The notes: generated from the sequence alone by a model not told the origin. DNA of 58,563 nt from an uncultured Clostridia bacterium (GCA_944381105.1 CALWJU010000010.1:1-58563); one strand, 5' to 3'. Shown: positions 18,521 through 29,906, numbered from the stretch's first letter. Made by a program: numbers and translations.

Positions 18521-20968
18521 TTAGTCGTTTGTAAAGGTTAAATTTCCGTTTTCTACGTCAATTACTATATCGCCCTCGTTTTTAAGTTCTCCGAGAAGTA
18601 TCTTTTCGGCTATTTGGTCCTCAACCTCTTGTTGAATATATCGTTTGAGCGGTCTTGCACCATATTCTGAATTTGAACCCTTGCTTACTATAAATTCGAG
18701 TGCATCCTCGGTTATTTTGAGTGATAGATTTTTCTCTTTTAACCTCTTATTGATATTTGATATGAGTATTTTTGCAATCTTGACAAGGTCATCTTTGGTC
18801 AGAGGGTCAAAGATACAGATTACATCTATACGGTTGATAAGTTCTGGCTTAAACTTGCTCTTTAATGCGTCCATGTAAATCTTCTTGCTGTCTATCTCTT
18901 CGCTCTCTTCATGGTCGCCAAAGCCAAGTTGTTTACGATGCTCTTTAACCTCTTTTGCACCGAGGTTGCTTGTCATGATTATAATTGTGTTTTTAAAGGA
19001 TACCGTTCTGCCCTGTCCGTCGGTTAGACGTCCATCGTCCAAAATTTGAAGAAGAGAGTTAAGCACGTCTGGGTGTGCCTTTTCTATCTCATCAAACAGG
19101 ACAACTGAGTATGGATGACGACGAACTTGTTCGGTAAGTTGTCCGCCCTCGTCATAACCTACATATCCAGGAGGAGAACCTATGAGTTTGGAGACGCTAT
19201 GAGATTCCATGTACTCACTCATATCAATTCGCACGATATTGTTCTCGTCATCAAACATAGCCTCGGCAATAGCCTTACATAGTTCGGTTTTACCTACGCC
19301 TGTTTGCCCCATGAACAAGAATGAGCCTATTGGTCTTTTGTTATCTTGCAAGCCTACCCTTGATCGTCTTATCGCCTTTGCCACTGCCTCGACTGCCTGA
19401 TTTTGTCCGACAACTCGTTTGTGGAGTATATCTTCAAGGTGAATAAGCCTATCTTTCTCGCTCTCTGTTATCTTTGTAACAGGTATTCCTGTCCACTTTG
19501 ACACAACCTGAGCGATTTCATTTGCTCCGATTGAGTTTTTATTAGACTTTTCCTTTTTAACGTCAAGTTTATCTTCTTTCTTTTTGAGGTCGTTTTCAAG
19601 GTTGATTATCTCTGACTGCAATTTTGCCGCCTTTTCATAATTACGTTGCAAACTTGCCTCGTCTCTACTTGCTGAAAGAGATTTTATCTTATCTTCAAGT
19701 GCCCTAATCTCCTGAGGTTTAAGTGTAAAGTTTACCTTTGCCTTTGAACTTGCCTCGTCTATTAAGTCTATTGCCTTATCTGGCAGGCTACGATCGGAAA
19801 TGTACCTATCTGACAGAACCGCTGCCGCCTCGATTGCCTCGTCTGTTATGGTTATCTTATGGAATGCCTCATAACTGTCTTTAAGACCTTTCAAAATCTG
19901 TATAGTCTGTTCAACCGATGGCGGATTTACCATGATAGGCTGAAAACGTCTTTCAAGTGCCTTATCCTTTTCGATAAATTTTCGGTATTCATCTGTGGTT
20001 GTAGCACCTATTGTCTGCATTTCACCACGTGCGAGATATGGTTTGAGCATATCTGCTGGTGAGGTTTCGCCCTTCTCTGAGCCTGCCTGAGCAAGAGTGT
20101 GAATTTCGTCTATAAAGACTATAATATTCTTGCTTGCTATGATTGTCTCAATGGCGTCTTTGAGTTTTTCCTCCATTGAGCCTCGATACTTCGTGCCTGC
20201 CATAAGTCCGCCTATTTCAAGCGAGTAAATAACCTTATCTTTAAGCACCTCTGGTACGTCGCCTGAGACGATTGCCTGTGCAAGTCCCTCGACTACCGCC
20301 GTCTTACCTACACCTGCCTCGCCTATTAGAACAGGGTTATTTTTTGTTTTACGACAAAGTATTTCAACAACCCGTTGAATCTCCTCTTCTCGTCCTATGA
20401 CTGGGTCGAGTTTATGTTCCTTTGCCTTTAAGGTTATATCTGTACCCATGTCGAGAAGTTTCTCAGGCAATGTACTTCCTGCCTGCTTATTGCTAGACTC
20501 GCTCTTTTCCTCGTTTGGCGAAGATGAAGACAATGCACGTGTTACCTTATCTTGAAGAGAGGATATATCTACACCATACTGACCTACAAGAATACGATAA
20601 GCAACCGAGCCTGTGCTTGAAAGTATAGCAAGAAGCAGATGCTCTGTGCCGAGGAATGAATGGTTCATCTGCAAGGCGATTTGCTGAGCAATTCGGAACA
20701 AATCTTTTGTTCTCGGTGTCATTTCTACCTCATTTGAAAAGAGAATATTGTCATTATCTATATTCTCTTCGAAAAATTCGAATAGACTAGGTTCGGTAAC
20801 TCCTACCTCTGCCAAAAACTTGCTGGCAAGGCAGTCTTTTACACTTGTTAGACCATAAAGAATATGCTCGCTTCCTATTAAGTTTGAGCCAAACCTTAGG
20901 GCGAACTTACTTGCATTTTTTATAACCTTTTGTATGTTATCTGAAAATGCTGATGATTGATAATTCAT
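18521..20968 (-). CDS. clpC: ATP-dependent Clp protease ATP-binding subunit ClpC
   Basis: Two Clp-N repeats, two AAA+ modules ([16 protein letters not shown]), UVR coiled coil, LGF loop. Confidence 0.95.
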   Translation of the reverse strand: MNYQSSAFSDNIQKVIKNASKFALRFGSNLIGSEHILYGLTSVKDCLASKFLAEVGVTEPSLFEFFEENIDNDNILFSNEVEMTPRTKDLFRIAQQIALQMNHSFLGTEHLLLAILSSTGSVAYRILVGQYGVDISSLQDKVTRALSSSSPNEEKSESSNKQAGSTLPEKLLDMGTDITLKAKEHKLDPVIGREEEIQRVVEILCRKTKNNPVLIGEAGVGKTAVVEGLAQAIVSGDVPEVLKDKVIYSLEIGGLMAGTKYRGSMEEKLKDAIETIIASKNIIVFIDEIHTLAQAGSEKGETSPADMLKPYLARGEMQTIGATTTDEYRKFIEKDKALERRFQPIMVNPPSVEQTIQILKGLKDSYEAFHKITITDEAIEAAAVLSDRYISDRSLPDKAIDLIDEASSKAKVNFTLKPQEIRALEDKIKSLSASRDEASLQRNYEKAAKLQSEIINLENDLKKKEDKLDVKKEKSNKNSIGANEIAQVVSKWTGIPVTKITESEKDRLIHLEDILHKRVVGQNQAVEAVAKAIRRSRVGLQDNKRPIGSFLFMGQTGVGKTELCKAIAEAMFDDENNIVRIDMSEYMESHSVSKLIGSPPGYVGYDEGGQLTEQVRRHPYSVVLFDEIEKAHPDVLNSLLQILDDGRLTDGQGRTVSFKNTIIIMTSNLGAKEVKEHRKQLGFGDHEESEEIDSKKIYMDALKSKFKPELINRIDVICIFDPLTKDDLVKIAKILISNINKRLKEKNLSLKITEDALEFIVSKGSNSEYGARPLKRYIQQEVEDQIAEKILLGELKNEGDIVIDVENGNLTFTND

Positions 20969-20969
20969 A

Positions 20970-21977
20970 TTACACCTCCTTTGTGAGTTCTTTGACCTTG
21001 TTAGATATATACTCCGCTCTAACTACATTTTCCTCTTTTTTATCAGAAAAAACGAAAACTTCTTTTAAATTTGCACTCATGCCCTGATAGTAGAGTTTTT
21101 GAAATTTCTGCTCGTTTGTTATCTCTAAAAAACCGAGAACTGAGCCTAGTTTGACAAGAGAGAGAAGTTCTATCATCTCCTCTTCGTCAAGGATATGGGC
21201 ATAGAGCAGTGTACCATAGGCACGAAGGCACTTATCCTTATAAAAATTATAGTTTTTTTCAAACAGACTTTCTCTTAAATCCTTTTCTTGCTGGCAAAGT
21301 GAATATATAAACTCGCTGACCTTGTCTATAACCTCGTCCTCGCTTAGTCCGAGCGAGCCTTGGTTTGATATTTGGTAGAAATATCCAAGTCCCTTACTGC
21401 CCTCGCCATATATCCCTCTGACTGTGAGACCACCCTCCTTTGCTCGCAATAACACCTCCTCCAAATTTCCACTGAGTGCTATTGCAGGCAAAAAGCACAT
21501 GACCGACGCTCTCATCCCTGTGCCGAGGTTTGAAGGACTTGCTGTTATAAAACCAAGGTCGCTGTTAAAGGCTATCGGCAGGCTGGCAAGTATTTCGTCA
21601 TCAATCTTATTTATCCGCCTATATGGTTTATAAAGGTTGAAACCATTTTCAAGACACTGCTCTCTTATGTGGTCCTCCTCGTTTATCATAACAATTATCT
21701 TCTCGTCCTCGCTGATTGCGACCGAGGAAATGTCCTTATTTTCTATAAGTTCCTTGCTGATGAGGTGTTGCTCAAAGAGTGCGTTACACTCATTTAAAGA
21801 CAGGTCTTTGAGCGAAAAAAAGTTGAAAGAGTCAAATTTTTCAAGTGTTTTCATGACAGAACCTGTGATATACTGTGCGTCTATATCACTTTGAAGTTTG
21901 GTGAAAAAGTGTAACCCCTCCACATTTCTTGCAAGTCTGATACGTGAAGATATGGCAATGCTATCATATATTTCCAT
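20970..21977 (-). CDS. mcsB: McsB-like ATP:guanido phosphotransferase (protein arginine kinase family)
   Basis: SSRIRLARN, NEEDH, PSNLGTG, RGIYGEGS, YQISNQ; upstream of clpC. Confidence 0.9.
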   Translation of the reverse strand: MEIYDSIAISSRIRLARNVEGLHFFTKLQSDIDAQYITGSVMKTLEKFDSFNFFSLKDLSLNECNALFEQHLISKELIENKDISSVAISEDEKIIVMINEEDHIREQCLENGFNLYKPYRRINKIDDEILASLPIAFNSDLGFITASPSNLGTGMRASVMCFLPAIALSGNLEEVLLRAKEGGLTVRGIYGEGSKGLGYFYQISNQGSLGLSEDEVIDKVSEFIYSLCQQEKDLRESLFEKNYNFYKDKCLRAYGTLLYAHILDEEEMIELLSLVKLGSVLGFLEITNEQKFQKLYYQGMSANLKEVFVFSDKKEENVVRAEYISNKVKELTKEV

Positions 21978-22131
21978 TTTTTGCCCTCTTGCCCTTGTGT
22001 TTCTTGCCTTGATACATCGCTTTGACCGCCTCTTTTAGTGGCTCTATCTCCTCATAACAATGCTCGCATCCAACAAAGCCTGTTTGCAAGATTTCGTTAT
22101 GTGTGGTGTTACAATATGGACATTTATTCAT
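21964..22131 (-). CDS. mcsA: Mini McsA-like zinc-finger protein, 55 aa (absent from the ORF track)
   Basis: My translation: MNKCPYCNTTHNEILQTGFVGCEHCYEEIEPLKEAVKAMYQGKKHKGKRAKNGNI; AGGGA RBS; overlaps the mcsB start. Confidence 0.8.
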   Translation of the reverse strand: MNKCPYCNTTHNEILQTGFVGCEHCYEEIEPLKEAVKAMYQGKKHKGKRAKNGNI

Positions 22132-22483
22132 ATATTCCCTTTTAAAATAAAAATTAAATTTTCCTATTGAAAATGATATAATTGTATAAATTTAGTTGAT
22201 TTTTTAATTCTGTCCACTTTCTAATTTTTATACAAGTCTTATATCCATATATATTATACCATATTTAAATTTTATTTCCATTTATTTAACCTACTTTTAT
22301 CAAAAAACAGTAAGAATTTTGGCAGAAATAAATTAAATTATAAAAAATATCAAAAAACCTTATTAAATATTTATTACTTTAAAAGGTTTTCCAATAAAAA
22401 AGACACATTAAAAATATTAGTGTGTCTATTAAAAATCATATTGAATCTTACTAAATAATTATATTGAATGAAGTCATCGTAAT

Positions 22484-22816
22484 TTAACAATTCTCTCGGC
22501 TTGACAATGCCTCGTCGAGCGAACTATATATTTTTGGTAGCATATTAGCCAAATCTTTTTTCATTTCTCCGCTTTTTGCCTTGCTATAAATAAAATTGTT
22601 CATCTCTTGCGTAAGGTCTCTTTCAGCCTGTTTTGGATTTTGAGAAGAGTTATAGTAGTCATTAATCTTATTTATCCTATCAGCAAAGCAAGGTAAATCT
22701 TCCATTCTTAGACCATTGTCTCTTATGTTTGACTTAATATTTTCATTCTCAACAAGAATTGATATTAAAATACATTCATAGTTGAGTCTAATAATTTCCT
22801 CTTTTGTTATGCTCAT
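22484..22816 (-). CDS. Hypothetical protein, 110 aa
   Basis: ORF with AGGGTG RBS and an upstream TTGACA/TATAAT-like promoter. Confidence 0.65.
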   Translation of the reverse strand: MSITKEEIIRLNYECILISILVENENIKSNIRDNGLRMEDLPCFADRINKINDYYNSSQNPKQAERDLTQEMNNFIYSKAKSGEMKKDLANMLPKIYSSLDEALSSRENC

Positions 22817-23065
22817 ATTTCACCCTTATATAAGCATTATATCATATTTTGTCGAATTTTGTCAAGATGTATTGTTTTTAAAACTAAACTTTCTATAAAA
22901 TATGACCGCAAATTTGTATGGTTTTTATCGAAATTTTGTTTTTTTGACTTCTTGCGAATTTTTTTCGCCTTTATTTTCTTTCCTTACGCACTTTCCTTTC
23001 TTATTTTTTAACTGTCCTTACGAACTTTTATTTCTTCTTTTATCCTTATGGAACTATCAGGCTGA

Positions 23066-25219
23066 TTATTTTTCTTCCTCTATTCCTTTCATCGTCAGTG
23101 ATATCCTTTTCTTCGCCATATCAACTGAAATCACTTTGACTTTTACTCGGTCGCCTACTTTTAAAATTTCGCTTGGATGTTTTACATAGGAATCTGAAAT
23201 TTGACTTATATGAACAAGTCCATCTTGATGCACACCTATATCCACAAACGCACCAAAGTCAACAACGTTTCTGACAACTCCGTCAAACACCATGCCCTCT
23301 TTCAAGTCCTCCATTGTGATAACATCACTTCGAAGGACAGGTTTTGGCATGCTTTCACGAATATCTCTACCAGGTTTAAGCAGTTCTTTTACTATATCGT
23401 TGAGGGTTGGAACACCTATTTCACACTCCTTTGCCACCTTTTCTTCACCTTTAAGTTCGATAAGTTTTGGAAGTGAGGCAATATTGCCATTTTTAACATC
23501 TTCCTCGCTTAAATCAAAGAGTTTGAGTAGTTTTCTTGTTGCTGGGTAACTTTCTGGATGCACAGCGGTGTTATCAAGTATTTCGTCGCCACCTACTACA
23601 CGCAAGAAACCTGCACACTGCTCGTACGCCTTTGGCCCTAGTTTTGAGACATTCAAAAGTTCTTCACGGTTTTTTATTCCCTTTGCTTTTGCCCTATATG
23701 ATACGATATTTTTAGCAATCGACATATTAAGTCCTGACACGTAACTTAATAGTGATGGGCTTGCTGTGTTAAGGTCGACACCAACAGAGTTTACGCAGTC
23801 CTCAACTACCCCTGTAAGCACCTCGGTGAGCCTATTTTGTGGCATATCATGTTGATACTGTCCCACTCCTATCGACTTAACGTCAATCTTGATAAGTTCG
23901 GCTAGCGGATCTTGAAGCCTTCTTGCAATTGAGACCGCACTTCTTAGTGATACGTCATAGTCAGGAAACTCCTCAGCACCGAGTTTTGAGGCTGAGTAAA
24001 CGCTCGCACCCGCCTCGCTTACAACCGCATAACTTACAGGGCGAGAGACATGCTTTATAAGTTCGCTGACAAATATCTCTGCCTCTTTTGAGGCTGTTCC
24101 ATTTCCGATAGAGATGACGTCAACATTATATTTTTCAATAAGTTTTTTAAGTTTTTCGATAGACTCCTCCGTCTTTGATTGAGGTGGAGTTGGATAGACA
24201 ACGGCGGTGTCAAGCACGTTGCCATTCTTATCGATTACCGCTATCTTGCAACCTGTCCTATACGCTGGGTCAAGTCCTAGGATGATATTATTTTTAAGCG
24301 GTGCTTCCATAAGAAGAGGTTTTAAATTTACCTCAAACATCTTGATAGCCTGCTCGTCCGCCCTATCTGTGAGGTTATTTCGGCACTCCCTTTCAAGTGC
24401 TGGGAAGAGCAGTCTTTCATAGGCGTCAACAAGCGTCTCTTCCATAAGTTTATCAGTATCTGGGTTATTCTTCTTAAAGTGCTTATTTATTACCGCCATG
24501 GTAAGTTCTGGGTTTATAACCACGCTAACTTTGAGGCATTTCTCGCTCTCGCCACGGTTGATAGCAAGTATTCGGTGGCTTGGCAGAGTTTTAACCTCTT
24601 CTTTAAAGTTTGCATAGGTCTCATAGGTGGCACTATTTTCATTTTCTACAAGTTCGCACTCAACTGATGCCTTGTTTTCAATGAGCGTGCGTAACTCTTT
24701 TCTTAGTTCTGCATCATCAGAAACACGCTCGGCGACAATATCCTTCGCACCCTCTAATGCCTCGTCAATTGTTGTTACCTCATCATTTAGGTATTTTTCT
24801 GCCTCCTTTCTAATTTCATAGTTTTTGCTTTGAGCAAGCAGTATATCGGCAAGAGGAGATAGCCCTTTTGCGATTGCTACCGACGCTCTTGTCTTACGTT
24901 TTGGCTTGTAAGGTCTATAAATATCCTCGACTTCTGTCAAGGTTTTGGCGTTTTCAAGTGCGACTTTTAACTCCTCCGTCCACTTGCCTTGCTCGGTGAT
25001 TGCCTTTTCAACTTTTGCCTTTTCATCATTTAGATTTCTTAGATATTTAAGCCTATCTGCAAAGGCACGCAAGGTCTGGTCGTCGCATGTGCCGTGCATC
25101 TCCTTTCTATACCTTGCTATAAATGGTATTGTGCATCCCTCGTCAATGAGGTTGATAATATTTTGACTGTATTCTTGTTTTAGTCCAAATTCTTGGGCAA
25201 GTGTGGTTGTAATATCCAT
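23066..25219 (-). CDS. tex: Tex/YhgF-family RNA-binding transcriptional accessory protein
   Basis: TIPFIARYRKE, LDPAYRTGCK, SEAGASVYSAS, HPESY, C-terminal S1 domain. Confidence 0.95.
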   Translation of the reverse strand: MDITTTLAQEFGLKQEYSQNIINLIDEGCTIPFIARYRKEMHGTCDDQTLRAFADRLKYLRNLNDEKAKVEKAITEQGKWTEELKVALENAKTLTEVEDIYRPYKPKRKTRASVAIAKGLSPLADILLAQSKNYEIRKEAEKYLNDEVTTIDEALEGAKDIVAERVSDDAELRKELRTLIENKASVECELVENENSATYETYANFKEEVKTLPSHRILAINRGESEKCLKVSVVINPELTMAVINKHFKKNNPDTDKLMEETLVDAYERLLFPALERECRNNLTDRADEQAIKMFEVNLKPLLMEAPLKNNIILGLDPAYRTGCKIAVIDKNGNVLDTAVVYPTPPQSKTEESIEKLKKLIEKYNVDVISIGNGTASKEAEIFVSELIKHVSRPVSYAVVSEAGASVYSASKLGAEEFPDYDVSLRSAVSIARRLQDPLAELIKIDVKSIGVGQYQHDMPQNRLTEVLTGVVEDCVNSVGVDLNTASPSLLSYVSGLNMSIAKNIVSYRAKAKGIKNREELLNVSKLGPKAYEQCAGFLRVVGGDEILDNTAVHPESYPATRKLLKLFDLSEEDVKNGNIASLPKLIELKGEEKVAKECEIGVPTLNDIVKELLKPGRDIRESMPKPVLRSDVITMEDLKEGMVFDGVVRNVVDFGAFVDIGVHQDGLVHISQISDSYVKHPSEILKVGDRVKVKVISVDMAKKRISLTMKGIEEEK

Positions 25220-26160
25220 TATTTATTCTCCTTTATCTTTCTTGCAATTTCTTTTGTCTTTTCTTTTAGCATGGCAATTTCTTCACGATTGAGTTCAATC
25301 TTCTTGCAAAGCAGACCTTCCTCGCTTTCATAGTCTACTGCGAGTTTTTCATCTCCGCCTTGAAGAGATTTTACTATCTCCTCTGCCTTGACTATTCCGC
25401 CCTCATGCATGAGGTTTGAGGTGTTTATCTCGGCAAGCAAGCCCTCTAAAAGCATGTCTATATTATAACATTTTCCGCTCGAAAAACCAAACTTTAATTG
25501 GTTAAAAATGAAATTATATAAATTTATTGCACCTTTTCCCTGCAAACCGTCGCTTTGAGGAGAAAATATGCACATCTTTTCATACCTTTTTATTAATTTT
25601 TGGTCGTCTTTATCAAGGTAATTTAGTCCATAGACAAAGCACTCTCTGTCAAGGAGACCAAAACTTTCAAGCACCTCGGCAGGCGAGAGTGAGTAGAGAT
25701 TGACAATTTTTCCTATCTCTTCAAGGTCGCTTGACAGGTTGATAGCAAGAGGAATATCCGCCCTTGCAGAAAAGTCGGAAATTTGACTGAGCAGGTCAGC
25801 ATTATAGTCAAGTAAACTTTCAATGTCGAGTATAACTCTTCCGCCTATTAGGTCGTTTGTTGTCAAAGTGCAATAGTCTTTGGCTGAGATTATAGCCTTT
25901 CCCTTTAAGTGATATTTATCAAGCAGACTTAGAGTGCCTTGAATGTCTTGTGTCTTAATATTGACCTCTCCTACTCCTGCACCAATATTTTTAAGGATAG
26001 CATACTCAATAAGGGTATTTCTCTCCTCTCCTGTAAGACTTGCGACCTTTTCTTGCACCTCTTGACAGCCAAGGATACCTAAAAACTCGCCGAGAGCACA
26101 AGGGTAGCCGTCGCAATAGTAATTTAAAAACTTTTTGATAACTTTTTTCTCTTCACGCAT
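25219..26160 (-). CDS. Degenerate amidohydrolase-superfamily (MTA/SAH-deaminase-like) protein
   Basis: Residual pattern GVGEVN..NLSSDLEE..SPAEVLESFGLLD..FSPQSD; metal-binding His residues not seen. Confidence 0.55.
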   Translation of the reverse strand: MREEKKVIKKFLNYYCDGYPCALGEFLGILGCQEVQEKVASLTGEERNTLIEYAILKNIGAGVGEVNIKTQDIQGTLSLLDKYHLKGKAIISAKDYCTLTTNDLIGGRVILDIESLLDYNADLLSQISDFSARADIPLAINLSSDLEEIGKIVNLYSLSPAEVLESFGLLDRECFVYGLNYLDKDDQKLIKRYEKMCIFSPQSDGLQGKGAINLYNFIFNQLKFGFSSGKCYNIDMLLEGLLAEINTSNLMHEGGIVKAEEIVKSLQGGDEKLAVDYESEEGLLCKKIELNREEIAMLKEKTKEIARKIKENK

Positions 26161-26209
26161 AAAACACCTAAAACTAACCTATTATACAATAAAAAAGGGG
26201 TTTTGGCAA

Positions 26210-27400
26210 ATGAAAGAGCGTGTTATTTTACATTCTGACGTAAATAATTTCTTTGCCTCTGTCGAGGTTGTCTCTCGGCCAGAACTTGCCTCTCTCCCTG
26301 TCGCTGTTACTGGTAACCCTGAAAAGAGAAATGGTATCATACTTGCTAAAAACGAGATAGCAAAAAGGGCAGGAGTAAAGACAGGACAGGTTATAGGCGA
26401 GGCTAAGGCGTTATGTCCAAACCTTGTATGTCTGCCTCCGCACTACTCCTTATACGAGGAGATAAGTCAAAGGCTACACAACATATACCTTGAATACACA
26501 AATTTTGTCGAACCGCTCGGACTTGACGAGTGTTTTCTTGACGTAACACCCTCTTTAAAATACCTCAACAAGTCTGGCGTGGAGATTGCTGACGAGATAA
26601 GAGAGAGGGTTAAAAAAAAGTTCGGCTTTACCGTCTCTGTCGGTGTATCTTTCTCGAAAATCTTTGCCAAACTCGGCTCAGACCTAAGAAAACCTGACTA
26701 CACCACGGTTATTGAAAGAAAGGACTTGAAAGACAAAATCTACCCTCTTCCTCTTGGCTCAATTGTAGGTATAGGCAGAAGGCTGGAAGGAAAATTTCAC
26801 GCCATATCGGTGGATACCATAGGCGATTTTGTCGCACTTGACGACTCCTTTCTTGAAAATAAAATGGGCGTGAATGGGACTAGGCTTAAAGAAGATTTAC
26901 TAGGAGTGCGAATAGAACCTGTGTGCGACTATTTCTCTCTTCCGCCACCTAAGAGTATAGGCAACGGGACAACCACTTTAAAGGACATAGAAAAACGTAA
27001 AGATGTTGAAAAAGTGATATATTTTCTTGCCGAAAAGGTATCTTACCGCATGATTAAACATAAGGTTTTGGCAGGAACGCTCTCTATCACAATCAAGACC
27101 AAAGACCTAAAAACCTACCATATATCAAGAAAGGTCAATCCAACAAACAGCGTTGACGGTATAGCAAAGGGCTGTCTCGCACTTGCCGACAAGATATGGA
27201 AATATAACTATCCTATCCGTGCTATAAGGATAAAAGGTTCGAATTTTACCTCATCTCTATCAAGACAACTCTCCTTTTTCGACAATGAAAAACCTGATTT
27301 CTCCGAGACGCTAAATATAATCAACGACAAGTACGGCAAGATAATTCTTGCTAGTGATATGGCAAATTTTATTAACAGAAACTCTCATCCGCAAGAATAA
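26210..27400 (+). CDS. dinB: DNA polymerase IV (Y family)
   Basis: ILHSDVNNFFASVE, LDECFLD, SVGVS..KIFAKLGSD.RKP. Confidence 0.93.
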   Translation: MKERVILHSDVNNFFASVEVVSRPELASLPVAVTGNPEKRNGIILAKNEIAKRAGVKTGQVIGEAKALCPNLVCLPPHYSLYEEISQRLHNIYLEYTNFVEPLGLDECFLDVTPSLKYLNKSGVEIADEIRERVKKKFGFTVSVGVSFSKIFAKLGSDLRKPDYTTVIERKDLKDKIYPLPLGSIVGIGRRLEGKFHAISVDTIGDFVALDDSFLENKMGVNGTRLKEDLLGVRIEPVCDYFSLPPPKSIGNGTTTLKDIEKRKDVEKVIYFLAEKVSYRMIKHKVLAGTLSITIKTKDLKTYHISRKVNPTNSVDGIAKGCLALADKIWKYNYPIRAIRIKGSNFTSSLSRQLSFFDNEKPDFSETLNIINDKYGKIILASDMANFINRNSHPQE

Positions 27401-27778
27401 GTGTTACAAAATGACACTTTTCGCAACATTTATAAAACAATTTCGTCATTTTATTTTGATATTTTTTAGGTTTGTAATATACTTGTTATGAGATTAGACA
27501 AATCTCGCTTTTGTAATATATAAATTTCGATTAAAATTTGGCTTATATTTACATGCAATAATTTATGAAAATATCAGAACATTAAGCACAATCCATAAGT
27601 GTTTTGTGTTTGACTTGCCTATTAAACCTAACCTATTATATTTTATAGAGTAATTGGAGAATTTTTAAATTGCAAAAGTATGTATTAGAAAGTTAAAAAT
27701 TTATTCTGAGAATAAAATAATTGTCAAAAGTAAATTTAATCTAAAAAAACATCATATATTAAAAAATAGGAGTTTATT

Positions 27779-28606
27779 ATGAAATATCAGATTCTTGTTG
27801 ATAGCGCCTCAGACCTAATGAGCGACTATCTTGTTGACAGTGAGATAGGTTTTAAAGTTGTACCTCTCACTATAAATGTTGGAGAGAAAGAGTATGTCGA
27901 CAATGACAGCCTCGACATCCAAAAAATGCTTGATGATATGCATGCAAACAAAAAATCTTCTTCCGCCTGCCCTGCTCCTGAGTCTTTTATGCGTGAGTTT
28001 GACAATGCCGAGTACACCTTTATTGTTACAATCACCTCAAAACTTTCTGGCTGTTACAATTCGGCGGTAGTTGCTAAAAATTCTTATTCAAAGCCTGAAA
28101 ATATCTGTGTTATTGACTCAAAAGCGGTCAGCGGAACTGAAATATTGATTGTAGATAAGTTAGTTGAACTTATTAAACAAGGTTTATCTTACCAAAAAAT
28201 CATTGAGCAGATCAATGCTTTCAGAGATAAAAAGTCGCTATTCTTTATCTTACAAAAGTTTGACAACCTTGTAAATAATGGACGCATGAGCAAGATTGCT
28301 GGGCTTATTGCAAGCAAACTTGTTATCCGCCCTATCTGTATCGCTTATGAGGGCGAAATTAAAATCGCTAAGAAGATAATAGGTATAAAGAACACTTTTT
28401 CTAAACTTGTTCAAATGATATGCGAAAAGGCAAAAGATTTTTCAAAAGAGACACTTATTATAACTCATTGCTACACTGAGGAAGAGGCAAATCTTATCAA
28501 AAGCGACCTTGAAAAGAAATGCAACTTTAAAGAAATAAGAATTTTATCTATGCGTGGGCTTTGCTCTTACTATGCCCTTGAAAAAGGTCTTATCTTCTGT
28601 CTCTAA
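27779..28606 (+). CDS. DegV-family fatty-acid-binding protein
   Basis: DSASD, VPLTI, SSSACP, ITSKLSGCY, IDSK, NGR motifs. Confidence 0.92.
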   Translation: MKYQILVDSASDLMSDYLVDSEIGFKVVPLTINVGEKEYVDNDSLDIQKMLDDMHANKKSSSACPAPESFMREFDNAEYTFIVTITSKLSGCYNSAVVAKNSYSKPENICVIDSKAVSGTEILIVDKLVELIKQGLSYQKIIEQINAFRDKKSLFFILQKFDNLVNNGRMSKIAGLIASKLVIRPICIAYEGEIKIAKKIIGIKNTFSKLVQMICEKAKDFSKETLIITHCYTEEEANLIKSDLEKKCNFKEIRILSMRGLCSYYALEKGLIFCL

Positions 28607-28920
28607 GACTTTGGCAATTTTTGGCAATAAAGATTTGATAATCATATAGTAGTTGTTTTTTCTTGCATAAGCGTTTGCAATGCTTTTGTTATGCTTTCTA
28701 CTTGTTTTCTATACCCCCTCTTGCAAATATATTTTATCAGAAGTTTAATATTTTTATTGAACATTTTAAATTTAAAGCGATTGACAGTACTCCCCACTTT
28801 GTTAATATCAATTTATTTTCTTTTTCATTTTAAACTTTTTGTTTAAATCGCTTGACAGTAATTTAACCGACGTTGTATAATCAAACTATGGATATTAAGT
28901 CCAAAATTTAAGGAGGGAAA

Positions 28921-29628
28921 ATGCAATTGACAAAAACTAAAAAAATCTTTGTGGCTGTTTTTGCTACAATCTTACTTATCTGTGGTATGCTTATTCTTAC
29001 TGCGTGTGATGACGACACAACTCAAAATGTTTCAACTTATGAGGAACTTGTAAATGCTATGAACGGCGATAGCGACATTATTAGACTTACAGACGATATC
29101 GTAGTCGAAGGACAAATTGACGTAACAAGAGATGTTGAACTTGATATGAACGGCAAGACATTATCAAATACAGAAATGATATATAATCTTGATATAAATT
29201 CTTGGGCAATACTCTGCGTTCAAAAAGATGGAGACTTGACTATAACAGGTAATGGCAAAATTTTGACTTTGGAAGATGACTGCTTTGCTGTATGCGTTGT
29301 AGATGGCGGAAATCTCGTTATCGAAAATGGCGAATATGTTGGCAACATTCACTCTATCTATGTTATGCAAGGCACTGCTTTAATCAACGGAGGCACTTAT
29401 TCTATACAACAAGTTCAATCAGTAGATAAACCTTATGAATATATATTAAACCTGCTAGACGAAAATTATACAAACAAAACCGCATCTATCGTTGTAACAG
29501 GTGGAACATTTGTTAAATTTAACCCACAAAACAATCAAGCAGAAGGAGCAAACACAAACTTCCTTGCTGACGGATATGTTTCACAATATGATGAAGAAAG
29601 TGAAACTTATACTGTTACGAGAGCATAA
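28921..29628 (+). CDS. Lipoprotein with beta-helix-like extracellular repeats
   Basis: Lipobox LTAC; VSTYEELVNA, LDMNGKTL, LTITG, INGGTY, VTGGTF repeats; TTGACA-18-TATAAT at 28852-28881. Confidence 0.78.
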   Translation: MQLTKTKKIFVAVFATILLICGMLILTACDDDTTQNVSTYEELVNAMNGDSDIIRLTDDIVVEGQIDVTRDVELDMNGKTLSNTEMIYNLDINSWAILCVQKDGDLTITGNGKILTLEDDCFAVCVVDGGNLVIENGEYVGNIHSIYVMQGTALINGGTYSIQQVQSVDKPYEYILNLLDENYTNKTASIVVTGGTFVKFNPQNNQAEGANTNFLADGYVSQYDEESETYTVTRA

Positions 29629-29851
29629 CATTTTAATTACTAAAATATAACTTTTATCTTTTAAACTATGATAATCAAGTATTAAAACATACCGATTTTT
29701 AAAAATAAAATCATAGCAAAAATCGCCTTTGTTATAAAAACGCAGTTTTATTTTATATTTAGATAAAAATTTTTAAAGGCAAAATTAAAATATTTAAAAA
29801 TGTGAAATCATAACATTTACATCTCAAAAGTAAAATCTTAAAATTCAAATC

Positions 29852-29889
29852 AAAAAAACTTCTATTTTCATCAGAATAGAAGTTTTTTT
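29852..29889. terminator. Bidirectional terminator
   Basis: AAAAAAACTTCTATT...AATAGAAGTTTTTTT. Confidence 0.7.
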
Positions 29890-29906
29890 ATTGTACATAT
29901 ATTGAA

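Noticed and set aside
22980-23056. Three TCCTTA(C/T)G-type motifs downstream of tex
   Set aside because: Degenerate and unevenly spaced; likely a local duplication.
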